Part shown: one piece after another, positions 17,903-26,912 of the stretch
How positions within the stretch are numbered: the stretch's first letter is position 1
Layout: every line of letters starts with the position of its first letter
From: Thermoplasmata archaeon
GTDB lineage: Archaea > Thermoplasmatota > Thermoplasmata > UBA10834
Assembly: GCA_038852315.1 (NCBI GenBank)
Contig: JAWCKF010000007.1
Span: 1,148-65,147, forward strand
Direction of reading: 5' to 3'
Length of the DNA: 64,000 nt
Program-made: the position numbers and the translations under genes
Notes under the pieces: model-generated
What the model was told of the DNA's origin: nothing
The model's input: only the letters and a program-made list of their open reading frames with translations
Databases searched by the model: none

Positions 17903-19158
17903 CCGTTCCTTCTCCCTGCGAGTTCGTCGAGCAGCTCCCCTATGCCCTTCACGGGAATCGCGCCTGAGCTAATCAACCCCCTCATTATCTCGTCGGCCCT
18001 GCCACCGACGAAGTCTATTGCCTTGCCAGGATCGGGGGAGAGTATTAGAACTCGCTTCCCAGCCGCGACCGCCTCCTTTGCCGCCTCCAGGTTCCTTATG
18101 TTCCCTGGTCCGACCGGGAACGGTGATACGACGACGACGCTCGAATCAGATATCATCTGAAGGTTCTGCCTGTGCGCCTCATCGCTGATGGGCGCGAACG
18201 GCACCTCCGAGACGGTCGGTATCCTCAGGTCAGCCGCATTCTCGCTATCGGAATCGAGCACGTTTATCACGCCCGCGGAGACGGAGTATCCGTGGTCGAT
18301 GAGCGCCTTCATGACAGGGCCACCTGTGCCTCCCCCGCACAGAACATGCACTCGCGTCCCGTGTCTGCGCGACGGCGAAGCAGACGACCTGGGAAGGACA
18401 TAGACTGCGTCCGAAAAGGGATCCTTCCTGACGACCACCTCTACACCATACACGCTCTCGATGATATCCGGCGTGAGCACTTCTTTGGGGGTGCCGATGG
18501 CCTCTACCCTCCCCCGGTTGAGCATGACTATCCTGTCGCAGTATCTCGCTGCAAGGTTGACGTCGTGCAACACTGAAATGATGGAGAGATCCTCATCGCG
18601 GTTCAGCCCCTTGATGAGGTCCATTATCTCGAACTGGCCGTTTATGTCGAGGTAGACCGTTGGCTCGTCTAAGAGGAGGGCCTTGGGCTGCTGCGCTATG
18701 GCCCGCGCTACGATGACCCTCTGCCGCTCGCCCCCGCTGAGCGTGAAGAACGGGCGCGAGGCGAGCTGCCATGTGTTTGTGCGCCTCATGGCTTCGGCCA
18801 CGACGGCGGCGTCCCGTCTCGTCATGCCCGCCAACCTGCTGGAGACGTGCGGCATCCTGCCCATCATCACGATGTCATACGCCGTGAATGTGAAGTCGGT
18901 GGCTGAGGTCTGGGGCACCACAGCGAAGGTCCTAGCCAACTCTGAAGGGCTCAGCGATGATATGGGGCGGCCGTCAACCCTCACAGCATCTGCCTCCACG
19001 GGGAGGTAGTTCATGAGGCACCTGAGCAGGGTGGTCTTGCCGGAACCGTTCGGGCCCATCAAGCCCAAGAACTCTCCCTCCGCGACCTCGAAACTGACGC
19101 CATCAAGCACGCGCTTCTCGCCGAAGGAGAACGACAGGTCATCGACGCTCAGCCTCAA
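17899..19158 (-). CDS. ABC transporter ATP-binding protein (FepC/BtuD-like) with about 170-aa extra C-terminal domain
   Basis: Walker A is GPNGSGKTTLL, the signature is LSGGERQRV and Walker B is LLLDEPTVYLD. The start is taken at TTG 19158, which overlaps the permease stop and gives MRLSVDDLSFSF. An in-frame ATG at 19218 is the alternative. Confidence 0.85.
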   Translation of the reverse strand: MRLSVDDLSFSFGEKRVLDGVSFEVAEGEFLGLMGPNGSGKTTLLRCLMNYLPVEADAVRVDGRPISSLSPSELARTFAVVPQTSATDFTFTAYDIVMMGRMPHVSSRLAGMTRRDAAVVAEAMRRTNTWQLASRPFFTLSGGERQRVIVARAIAQQPKALLLDEPTVYLDINGQFEIMDLIKGLNRDEDLSIISVLHDVNLAARYCDRIVMLNRGRVEAIGTPKEVLTPDIIESVYGVEVVVRKDPFSDAVYVLPRSSASPSRRHGTRVHVLCGGGTGGPVMKALIDHGYSVSAGVINVLDSDSENAADLRIPTVSEVPFAPISDEAHRQNLQMISDSSVVVVSPFPVGPGNIRNLEAAKEAVAAGKRVLILSPDPGKAIDFVGGRADEIMRGLISSGAIPVKGIGELLDELAGRRNG

Positions 19159-20249
19159 GTCCTCTCGCCCCCGGTCCTGCTCCGCCTGAGCAAGTAGATG
19201 AAGAACGGCCCGCCACACATCGCGGTGATGATGCCCACGGGAAGTTCCGTGGGGGCGACGACGGTCCTCGCAGCCGAATCAGCCAGTATCAGGAATATCG
19301 CGCCAGTCACGGTCGCCGACGGAACCAGCATCCTGTGGTCGGCGCCAACTACCAGCCTGACCATGTGCGGGACTATCAGCCCGACGAACCCGATGACGCC
19401 CGTGAAGGCGACTGCTGCTGCAGTCATCACGGCTGCGGCGACCAGCATGTCCGTCTTGAGCCGCTCCGGATCGGTCCCGAGGTTGTGTGCTGTCTCCTCA
19501 CCCAGCAGGAGGGCGTTGAGGTCCCTTCCGAAGAGGAACACGACCGTCGCGCCTATGACCACGACGATGAAGAGCACTGCCACGGCCGGCCATGTAGAGA
19601 GCGAGAGGCTCCCGAGGAGCCAGAAGACCAGCCTGTGGTACTCCTGCCGCGCGTAATAGATCATGAACGAAACTATCGCGCCGAGGAAGGCTGCGACTGC
19701 GACGCCCGACAACAGGAGGGTGTCCACATAGACCTTACCGCTGACGGTTCCGAGCCTGTACACGATGAACACCGTCACCAGGGCCGTGGCGAATGCGAAA
19801 ACCGGGCTTATGAACGAGCCTATGATGGCGACACCTGCGAGGCCCATGAGGCTCGCGGTTACGGCACCTAGAGAAGCCCCCGTCGAGACGCCGACGATGA
19901 ACGGGTCCGCCATCGGGTTCCTGAACACAGCTTGCATCGCCGTCCCAGCGCACGCGAGCGCGGCGCCCACGAGGCCGGCGAGCAAGACGCGCGGTATCCG
20001 CACATCCCAGAACACACGCTCATAGTAGTCTGGCCGCTCCCCAGGCAACCTGAATATCACGCGGAGAGCATCATCGAAGGATACCCTATCAGGCTCTCCC
20101 GGGCCTATCGGGCCCACTGTGCCGACCATCATCGAGAAGATGGCCGTGCCCGCCAGACACACGAGCAGCGCCCCGAGTATCAACCTGCGTCTGCGCATCA
20201 GGAGAGGGAAGTCGACGCCCCCGTCCTCCCTTCGGCTCAGTTGTATCAC
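19155..20249 (-). CDS. FecCD/BtuC-family ABC permease
   Basis: 364 aa with about 9-10 TM segments and typical FecCD motifs (IPRVLLAGLVGAALA..., FIVGVSTGASLGA, GVIGFVGLIVPH, GGPFFIYLL). Confidence 0.9.
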   Translation of the reverse strand: MIQLSRREDGGVDFPLLMRRRRLILGALLVCLAGTAIFSMMVGTVGPIGPGEPDRVSFDDALRVIFRLPGERPDYYERVFWDVRIPRVLLAGLVGAALACAGTAMQAVFRNPMADPFIVGVSTGASLGAVTASLMGLAGVAIIGSFISPVFAFATALVTVFIVYRLGTVSGKVYVDTLLLSGVAVAAFLGAIVSFMIYYARQEYHRLVFWLLGSLSLSTWPAVAVLFIVVVIGATVVFLFGRDLNALLLGEETAHNLGTDPERLKTDMLVAAAVMTAAAVAFTGVIGFVGLIVPHMVRLVVGADHRMLVPSATVTGAIFLILADSAARTVVAPTELPVGIITAMCGGPFFIYLLRRSRTGGERT

Positions 20250-20258
20250 CCGCTCGTC

Positions 20259-21218
20259 TCACGGGAACAGCTCAGGGTGTATGATTGCTGCCAGCTGCTC
20301 GAGCCCGTCAACTATGCGGGGCCCGTACCTGCTAACGAGGTTGTCGTCTATGCCGTAGATGGCACCGTTAACGACGGCCGTGATGTTCTCCCATCCTGGC
20401 CTGGAGGCGATGCTCTCAGCTGTAGTCGTGGACATCACACCTGTCGTGAACACGATTATCTCTGGGTCTTGACCTATCACGAACTCGCTCGCAACGTTCG
20501 GGTACTCGGAACTCGTGTTGTGAGCTATGTTCTCGCCCCCGGCCAGAATGATAAGGTCGTCGCCGAAGGACCCCGGACCGTAAGTCCAGTACGGATAGTA
20601 CTCCAGATACACCCTCGGCTTGGTGACGTTCTCTGCAAGAGTCTTGCTGGTGACTGCCTCGACCCTTGAGGCGAGGGAAGCAGCCAGCGCATCTGCCTCG
20701 TCAACATGGCCTGTGATGAGGCCTGCGAGCCTGATCGTCTTGAAGACGTCCTCGAGCGTCCTGTCAGCGAAGATGACATAGGGAATCCCCTGAGACCTGA
20801 GTTGCTCGAGCTGTGCCCTCGGCACGAGGTCGCTCGCAACGATGAGGTCAGGCTGCAGGGCCACTATCGCCTCTAGATTGAGCGTGTAGGAGCCGACCCT
20901 TGTGAGGTGCTCCACTTCGGCTGGATAGTCGCTGTAGTCGTCCACGCCCACGACCTGGTCGCCCGCGCCTACCGCGAACAGAATCTCAGTGGGTGTGGGT
21001 GCTACGGAAACAATCCTCTGGGGTATGCCAACAAGTGTGACCACGCGCCCATAGTCATCAATGATGGTGAACGCACCGCCATCCTCCTCGGTCGCGCCAT
21101 TATCCTTGCTCATCGCTCCTACGAAATAGCCTCCCGTGAAAGCGAGGACGGCCGAAAGCGTCACAGCAATGGCCATCGTCATCGCCATATCGGGTGCTCC
21201 GCGTCTTGTCGAACCCAT
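20259..21218 (-). CDS. ABC substrate-binding protein (BtuF/FhuD-like, class III periplasmic binding fold), membrane anchored
   Basis: N-terminal TM anchor, then RIVSVAPTPTEILFAVGAGDQVVGV...YPAE...LEAIVALQPDLIV, which is typical of cobalamin/siderophore/heme binding proteins. The ATG at 21218 is preceded by GGAGG. Confidence 0.85.
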   Translation of the reverse strand: MGSTRRGAPDMAMTMAIAVTLSAVLAFTGGYFVGAMSKDNGATEEDGGAFTIIDDYGRVVTLVGIPQRIVSVAPTPTEILFAVGAGDQVVGVDDYSDYPAEVEHLTRVGSYTLNLEAIVALQPDLIVASDLVPRAQLEQLRSQGIPYVIFADRTLEDVFKTIRLAGLITGHVDEADALAASLASRVEAVTSKTLAENVTKPRVYLEYYPYWTYGPGSFGDDLIILAGGENIAHNTSSEYPNVASEFVIGQDPEIIVFTTGVMSTTTAESIASRPGWENITAVVNGAIYGIDDNLVSRYGPRIVDGLEQLAAIIHPELFP

Positions 21219-21367
21219 GGTAGTGCCTCCGGTTTTAAAGCGCACTTGAAATATTGAAAGCATATTTGAACATTTGTACCGGGGCACCGCCGCCTAGGCG
21301 GATCAACTGCCAGAAAGTGTCTATAAGACAAGAGAAGGGTGGCGGGGAAGAGGTTTTGGCGAATCTG

Positions 21368-22711
21368 TCACTGGACCTTGGTCCCTTCTTCCAGGCTCGC
21401 TTCAAGGATGTCCATGGCCTGCTCGAGCAGCGCCGTCGGCATCGCGAGCGACGGGTGCATCCTTATCACATTGTCGTATGTGCCGCACGTCAGCAGGATC
21501 ATCCCGCGCTTGAAAGCGGCGGCCTTGACCGCCTTGGTCTCCTTGGCGGCCGGCGTCTTCGACTTCGGGTCGCTGACCAGCTCGATGGCCATCATCGCCC
21601 CGATCCCTCTGATGTCGCCGATGATGGGGAACCTCTGCCTCATCTCGTTCAAGCGCTTCGTCATGTACGAGTTTATCTTGGGGACCCTCTTCATGCTCTT
21701 CTCGATTATCGGGAACTGGGCCAGTGCCGCGGCACAGCCTACCGGGTTCCCCCCGAACGTGCCTCCCAGGCCTCCTGGCTGCACGACGTCCATTATCTCC
21801 GGACGCCCTGTGCAGGCGGATATGGGGAAACCGCCTCCTATGCCCTTCCCGCTCACGAGGATGTCGGGCTCTACCCCTGGCCAGTGCTGTATGCACCACA
21901 TCTTCCCGGTCCTCCCGGCGCCGGTCTGTATCTCGTCGTCGATGTAGAGCACGCCGTGCTTCCTGCATATCTTCGTGATCTTCGCGTAGAACTCCTTCGG
22001 CGGCACTATGAAGCCCCCCTCGCCGGCGATGGGCTCCCCTATGATGCATGCGACCTTTCCCTGGAACTGGGGCTGCGACCATATCTCGTCGATCTTGTCG
22101 GCGCATGCGACGCCGCACCCGGGGTATTCCATGTTGAACGGGCAGCGATAGCAATACGCGTACTCGACCTTGTACGACTCCGGCAGCGGCCCGAAGCCGG
22201 CCTTGTAGGGCATCTCCTTCGATGTGAGGGCCATGGCCATCATCGTCCTGCCATGGAACGCGTGCACGAACGAGAACACGGCAGGCCTCTTCGTGAAGGA
22301 CCGAGATATCTTCACGGAGTTCTCCACCGCCTCAGCGCCCGCGTTGAATATGGCCGACTTTGAAAGGCCAGGGTGCGGGGCGACCTGTGCTAGCTTTTCG
22401 GCCAGCCTCACGTAGCCCTCGTACGGGGTAACCATGAAGCAGAGGTGGGTGAACCTCTCCGCCTGCTTCTTTATCGCCCTGACGACCGCCGGGCTTGAGT
22501 GGCCGACGTTCATCACGCCGATCCCGCTGCCCATGTCTATGAACGAGTTGCCGTCTATGTCGTAGAGAAGCGACCCCTTCGCCCTGTCGATGAATACGGG
22601 TTGCCCAACACTAACGGCCTTAGACACGTACTTCTCCTTCAGGCTCATCAGCTCCTTCGACCTCGGTCCCGGGACCTCGGCCGTGGTTATTGAAGCTCTT
22701 TCCGCTGCCAT
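21368..22711 (-). CDS. class III aminotransferase (4-aminobutyrate / omega-amino acid transaminase-like)
   Basis: GNSFIDMGSGIGVMNVGHSSPAVV, FHGRT, DEIQTGAGRTGKMW and GKGIGGGFP are class III PLP transaminase signatures. Start is taken at MAAERAS. Confidence 0.9.
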   Translation of the reverse strand: MAAERASITTAEVPGPRSKELMSLKEKYVSKAVSVGQPVFIDRAKGSLLYDIDGNSFIDMGSGIGVMNVGHSSPAVVRAIKKQAERFTHLCFMVTPYEGYVRLAEKLAQVAPHPGLSKSAIFNAGAEAVENSVKISRSFTKRPAVFSFVHAFHGRTMMAMALTSKEMPYKAGFGPLPESYKVEYAYCYRCPFNMEYPGCGVACADKIDEIWSQPQFQGKVACIIGEPIAGEGGFIVPPKEFYAKITKICRKHGVLYIDDEIQTGAGRTGKMWCIQHWPGVEPDILVSGKGIGGGFPISACTGRPEIMDVVQPGGLGGTFGGNPVGCAAALAQFPIIEKSMKRVPKINSYMTKRLNEMRQRFPIIGDIRGIGAMMAIELVSDPKSKTPAAKETKAVKAAAFKRGMILLTCGTYDNVIRMHPSLAMPTALLEQAMDILEASLEEGTKVQ

Positions 22712-22917
22712 GTCAATCCCTCGAACTTCGTGCGATGAACGGGCTATGTGCTCGTGCATGGTTGAAATCCTAGATATTTGTTTGGAACTACGTTCTTATC
22801 ACAGTACGTTCCAAGTACGTTCCAAGCCCCGACAGGTACACGCCCACCCTGGCACCATCTGACGAAACTCGTCACAGCGGTTCTGCGAGGAAGGGGCAGG
22901 GTGAATACGAGAGAACC

Positions 22918-23691
22918 TCATCCGTAGGCGGGCTCGGTCCCTCCGACGGCAGGCTTGCTCTTCCTCGCTGCCTCCTTGTGCAAGACCTTCAGCTGCGCTT
23001 CGAGCCGCTCGGCCTCTCTGCACAGCGGCTCCACGTTGAGATTCATGTGGAGCACCATCTGATCTATCGCGGCGAGTATCAGCGCCGCAGCGCGCGCGTC
23101 TGCAACATCAGGGCGCGCCTCCGCGAGGAGCGTCACCACATCGAAATGCCTCCTTTTGCCCTCGTTGAGGAGAACGCCTGCGGTGCCGGATATGACACCC
23201 TCGACGAAAGGTTCCGCGTCGGCACTCTCCAGCGCCTTCTCCGCGGCCTCGGTGCTGCCTATCCCATAGACGGCTACCTCGCTCGCGCCCTCTTCCTCCT
23301 CGGCCTCGTCACGCTCGATTATGAGCCCGCCAGCGGAGATGACCATCCTGCACCTCTGGGCTATCGCGAAGTCCATGATCGCAGTCCCTATGTCTCTCAG
23401 AAGGTTCGCCGAGGGCTGAAGCTCGGTCGAGAAAACCACGACCTGCTGCTCGCCCTCCCTGAGGTCTGGACGCGCATAGACCCTCGCCGGCCCGAGCGGC
23501 TCTCCTCCTCTTATCAGAGAGAGCGTGGGGAATGAATCCGAGTCCATCACCGCTATGTACTCCATCTTCAGGAGAGCGATCAGATAGTTCGCCACGATAG
23601 AGCTCACGAGGCCGACGCTCGGGAAGCCGTCGATGACTACGGCGTTCCTGAGGTCCATCTTCTTGAGCTCGAAGATCTCGACCTTCGCCAT
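22918..23691 (-). CDS. PAC2-family proteasome assembly chaperone
   Basis: MAKVEIFELKKMDLRNAVVIDGFPSVGLVSSIVANYLI matches the archaeal PAC2-family N-terminus. Confidence 0.8.
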   Translation of the reverse strand: MAKVEIFELKKMDLRNAVVIDGFPSVGLVSSIVANYLIALLKMEYIAVMDSDSFPTLSLIRGGEPLGPARVYARPDLREGEQQVVVFSTELQPSANLLRDIGTAIMDFAIAQRCRMVISAGGLIIERDEAEEEEGASEVAVYGIGSTEAAEKALESADAEPFVEGVISGTAGVLLNEGKRRHFDVVTLLAEARPDVADARAAALILAAIDQMVLHMNLNVEPLCREAERLEAQLKVLHKEAARKSKPAVGGTEPAYG

Positions 23692-24020
23692 TGTGTCAAG
23701 GTCATGCGACTCATACGATATAGAACTATACCGGGACTGTTCAGGGGTTCGGCGGAGAATGCTTGGCCTCATCCCCAGGGCGCCCCAGCCAACATTTAAT
23801 AGAACTGTGCCGCATGTCCGAGATGGCCAGCTGGGCCGGTGGCTTAGCCAGGATATAGCACTGGCCTTCTATGAGCGACGGCGTCTCGGAGATAGCCAGT
23901 GGTCTCGGGTTCGAAAGGCGCTCACCGCGCCCGAAACTCCCGACCGGCCCGCTCGCCCCTGCCAAAAGGCATATAAAAAGGGAGCGATGTACAGCAGGAG
24001 CGCGGAAGGGAGTCAGTCGC

Positions 24021-24128
24021 ATGAAGCGAAGCTCTAGGGCCTGGAAGAAGCGCGGCAAGCAGCGCTGGAAGTGGCGCAAGAAGAAGATGAGGAGGAGGAA
24101 GAGGGCCCAGAAGCTGCGGAAGAAGTAG
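24021..24128 (+). CDS. rpl41e: 50S ribosomal protein L41e (eL41)
   Basis: 35-aa peptide MKRSSRAWKKRGKQRWKWRKKKMRRRKRAQKLRKK. The WRKKKMRRRKR core matches eL41 (WRKKRMRRLKRKRR). Confidence 0.75.
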   Translation: MKRSSRAWKKRGKQRWKWRKKKMRRRKRAQKLRKK

Positions 24129-24153
24129 GCTCCCTCGAGGCGGCGACCCATCC

Positions 24154-24325
24154 GGGGGTATGGGGTAACCTGGTATCCTTACGGGCTCCAGTTATGGGAA
24201 TGATTTCCGAGGGGTTTGCTGACCAGTGATGACTGACTGGAGCGATGACCCGTGTTCGAAACGGGCGGAGTCGCTCTCCGCCTGGTGGAAACCCGTCGAT
24301 GAGGGTTCAAATCCCTCTGCCCCCA
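24154..24325 (+). tRNA. trnW: tRNA-Trp (anticodon CCA at 24188..24190) with a 99-nt intron (about 24192..24290)
   Basis: Folded by eye. The acceptor GGGGGTA pairs with TGCCCCC. The anticodon stem ACGGG pairs with CCCGT, which lies across the intron. The anticodon loop is CTCCAG with the intron following it. The T-arm is GAGGG-TTCAAAT-CCCTC and the discriminator is A. Confidence 0.85.
24196..24251 (+). ncRNA. box C/D guide sRNA embedded in the tRNA-Trp intron (predicted targets C34 and C39 of the same tRNA)
   Basis: The order is C-like AUGAUUU (24200-06), a 12-nt guide (24207-18), D' CUGA (24219-22), a 3-nt loop, C' GUGAUGA (24226-32), a 12-nt guide (24233-44) and D-like AUGA (24245-48). A GGG/CCC terminal stem closes the element. 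Both guides are complementary to the host pre-tRNA. Confidence 0.65.
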
Positions 24326-24696
24326 CTTTTCGCACAACGAGTAATCTAGTTTCGCGAGAAATCAATCGCTCACGCCTATGCATCTCTGCGCAATCTTCTT
24401 TGCGCATAACGTGATACGGGTGCGAGAGATAAGAGGCACAGACCGTGGGAGGCGGAGGGCGCGAGACGACTGAAACAGGCCTCTGAATGACTCGTAGCCT
24501 CCTCAAGGTATGATGCACAAGAATCGAGCACCAGGCAGGCACTGATTGCGGGTAAGAAACCTGCCGAGATCTGCAACTGCGCGTTGGAGTTGCATTCGCA
24601 AGTTCCCAATCTGTCCCGAGAGAATCCTTTGACGCTTGTTCCAAAATCGCTATTTAGCGCAACCAAGCATCCCCACCGCACGGGGGAAGACAGACT

Positions 24697-26124
24697 ATGA
24701 GGAAGATCTTGCACCTGATAGCCGTTGTCGGATTGGTTGTGGCCGCCATGTTCTCTGCCGTCAGCATGGATGTTTCTGCTTACATGAAGAAGGGTGCAGA
24801 GCCTGCCGTGCCAAAGACCGATGAAAAACAAACGTACTTGCCAGAGACACCACAAGTCGACGCCAAATGGACCGTGATGGTGTATCTCGACGGGGACAAC
24901 AATTTGGAATCCGCCGCCTTGGATGACCTAGCCGAGATGGAGGCTGTCGGGTCAAGGAACGGCGTCAACGTCGTGGTGCTCATGGACACGCAGTCCCTGA
25001 TCGAAGGCACACACTGGTATTTCCTAGGGGAGGGCAACACGCATGTGAAACTGACTGACTCGTCCGTCACAACACATTACTGCGACTGCGAACTCGTGAC
25101 AGGCCAGCCCTGTCCCGGTGAGCTGAACATGGGCGATGGCGCTACGCTGACCTATTTCGTCAAAGAGGCGATGGAGTTCGCGCCCGCAGATAACTACATG
25201 CTGGTACTTTGGGACCACGGCGGAGGGTGGTACGGTGTATGTTGGGATGACAGCTCCGAGTTGTTCCCGGATTCTGGTAGGGCGGACCGGCTGACGATCC
25301 ACGAAGCCGCAGAGGCGCTCTATGCGGCTGGGCTAGGCGCTGACAAGAGATTGGCAATCCTCGGGTTTGATGCATGCATGATGTCCATGGTTGAAATCGG
25401 ATACGAATTCAGAGGACTTGCTGATTACATGCTAGCATCTGTGACGAGCATCCCATTCGCCGGTTGGGACTACACCCCGATACTGCGAGAGCTCACGGCT
25501 AGTCCTCAGATGGACCCTGTCACTCTCGGGCAGATAGTCGTGGACAGCTATGTTGCATACTATGACAAGTGCACCGGAGCCGGCTTCAAGGGCATGACCT
25601 GGGCGGGCCTGTCCCTCGTAGACCTCTCTAAAGTAACCGACCTTGTGCTTGGTCCAGCCGGAGAAGGTGGTATGAACGCTGTGGCTACCGAGCTGATGAC
25701 TATCGTACAGGACTCGAAGTACCGCGGGTATGTCGCTCAGGCGATACAGTCTCTCACGCCTGTTATACTCACCTACGGACAACAGTTCGCATTCGTTGAT
25801 ATCGGCAACCTCCTAGAGCAGCTTGGCGAGAAGATTCCGGGCATCCAGGTAACCACGGGCAGGGCACTGGACCTGTTGGCGCCGGCGATCCTGTACGTGA
25901 GGTACGTTGAGAATGACAACTGGGGCACTATGGTGGACACGTGCGGGCTGTCCGTGTACTTCCCGATCGGCTGGAACTACGTCTACGAGGACTACGGCTT
26001 CGAGACCTACGAGGAATCGGAGGCGGCTGGAGCCCTCCCGTACTACGGGCTGGACTTCGCCTCGGACACACTCTGGGACGAGATGATCCTTGAGTTCTCG
26101 CAAGCGTACGATGCTGGCACATGA
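24697..26124 (+). CDS. secreted clostripain-family (C11) cysteine peptidase
   Basis: Signal peptide, then WTVMVYLDGDNNLE, LVLWDHGGGWYGV (catalytic His region) and LGFDACMMSMVE (catalytic Cys region). Confidence 0.85.
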   Translation: MRKILHLIAVVGLVVAAMFSAVSMDVSAYMKKGAEPAVPKTDEKQTYLPETPQVDAKWTVMVYLDGDNNLESAALDDLAEMEAVGSRNGVNVVVLMDTQSLIEGTHWYFLGEGNTHVKLTDSSVTTHYCDCELVTGQPCPGELNMGDGATLTYFVKEAMEFAPADNYMLVLWDHGGGWYGVCWDDSSELFPDSGRADRLTIHEAAEALYAAGLGADKRLAILGFDACMMSMVEIGYEFRGLADYMLASVTSIPFAGWDYTPILRELTASPQMDPVTLGQIVVDSYVAYYDKCTGAGFKGMTWAGLSLVDLSKVTDLVLGPAGEGGMNAVATELMTIVQDSKYRGYVAQAIQSLTPVILTYGQQFAFVDIGNLLEQLGEKIPGIQVTTGRALDLLAPAILYVRYVENDNWGTMVDTCGLSVYFPIGWNYVYEDYGFETYEESEAAGALPYYGLDFASDTLWDEMILEFSQAYDAGT

Positions 26125-26408
26125 GCGAGATGCGAAGGAGACCCTGAAAATGCGAATGAATCACGGGAGGGTACGTGACAGGCATCACAGTGCCTCCTCC
26201 CCACGTATCCTCCCGCTTCCTAAATCGGCACGTCTTTCCGCTCACCCGTGGACTCCCCGGTTCAGTAGCCGAGCGTGCGATTTGAGCAGAACATCTAAAA
26301 GAACATCTAGATCATCACTACAAAATCTGCAGTATGTGGAGGGGCCGTGGAGTCCGAGGACGCACAATCAAAGTCTTGATGGGCAGAAGACTGCTATGAT
26401 TGTGCCGT

Positions 26409-26885
26409 TCAGACGCTCTTTGCCATCAGCAGTATGTCCAAGCCATTCAGCTCGGCAACAAGCCTTCCGCTGTTGTCCACCACCGGCAGGTCGTTCAAGT
26501 GGTTCTCGACCATGAGCTTCGTAACGTTCAGGATGAGCTCGTCCTCAAGGACCTTGACAGGTTTGGCCATGGCCTCGCTGACCTTGTCATCTGAGATCTC
26601 CGCCAGCATCCTTATGAATGACGTCATCCCGGTCCCCCTTACGCCCAGCCTGTAGCCCGCGTGCCTCAGCAGCGTCTCCAGCGTCAAAGTCCCCAGAAGC
26701 TTGTTGTCCTTGTCGACCACGTACACCTTCCTTGTCTCGCGGTTTTTCAGCAAGGCATCGGTCGCCGCGCTCAGGCTCGCATCCGGGCCGACCGTCGCAG
26801 GCTTCTTGCGCCTTCCAGCGAGAGCCAGGACATCGCTCACCCTCATATCCTTGATTGGCTTGTCCTCATCCACCATCTCCCTCAC
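26409..26885 (-). CDS. CBS-domain pair protein
   Basis: Two CBS-like units are present (VSDVL...TVGPDASLSAATDALLKNRETRKVYVVDKDNKLLGTLT and VSEAMAKPVKVLEDELILNVTKLMVENHLNDLPVVDNSGRLV). Confidence 0.8.
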   Translation of the reverse strand: MREMVDEDKPIKDMRVSDVLALAGRRKKPATVGPDASLSAATDALLKNRETRKVYVVDKDNKLLGTLTLETLLRHAGYRLGVRGTGMTSFIRMLAEISDDKVSEAMAKPVKVLEDELILNVTKLMVENHLNDLPVVDNSGRLVAELNGLDILLMAKSV

Positions 26886-26912
26886 CTCGATACCGACACG
26901 GCCACATAACGC

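Noticed and set aside
21254-22363. 369-aa plus-strand ORF (and 21339..21947) overlapping the class III aminotransferase
   Set aside because: It is antisense to a gene with clear PLP-transaminase signatures. It has no recognisable motifs and shadow-frame composition.
23871-24020. Upstream 50 codons of the ORF that ends as eL41
   Set aside because: eL41 is a peptide of about 25-40 aa. The upstream part has no basic eL41 character and lies in the divergent promoter region. The internal ATG at 24021 gives the expected product.
24440-24540. Possible second box C/D sRNA downstream of tRNA-Trp (AUGAUGC ... CUGA, CUGAAUGA)
   Set aside because: The box spacing does not give two 12-nt guides, there is no terminal stem, and I found no target complementarity. 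Most likely these are chance matches.
24192-24855. Minus-strand ORFs 24192..24644 and 24376..24855, and plus-strand ORF 24226..24414
   Set aside because: They overlap the tRNA-Trp gene and its intron or the following non-coding spacer. The translations (including ...GFEPSS..., the antisense T-arm) are not protein-like.
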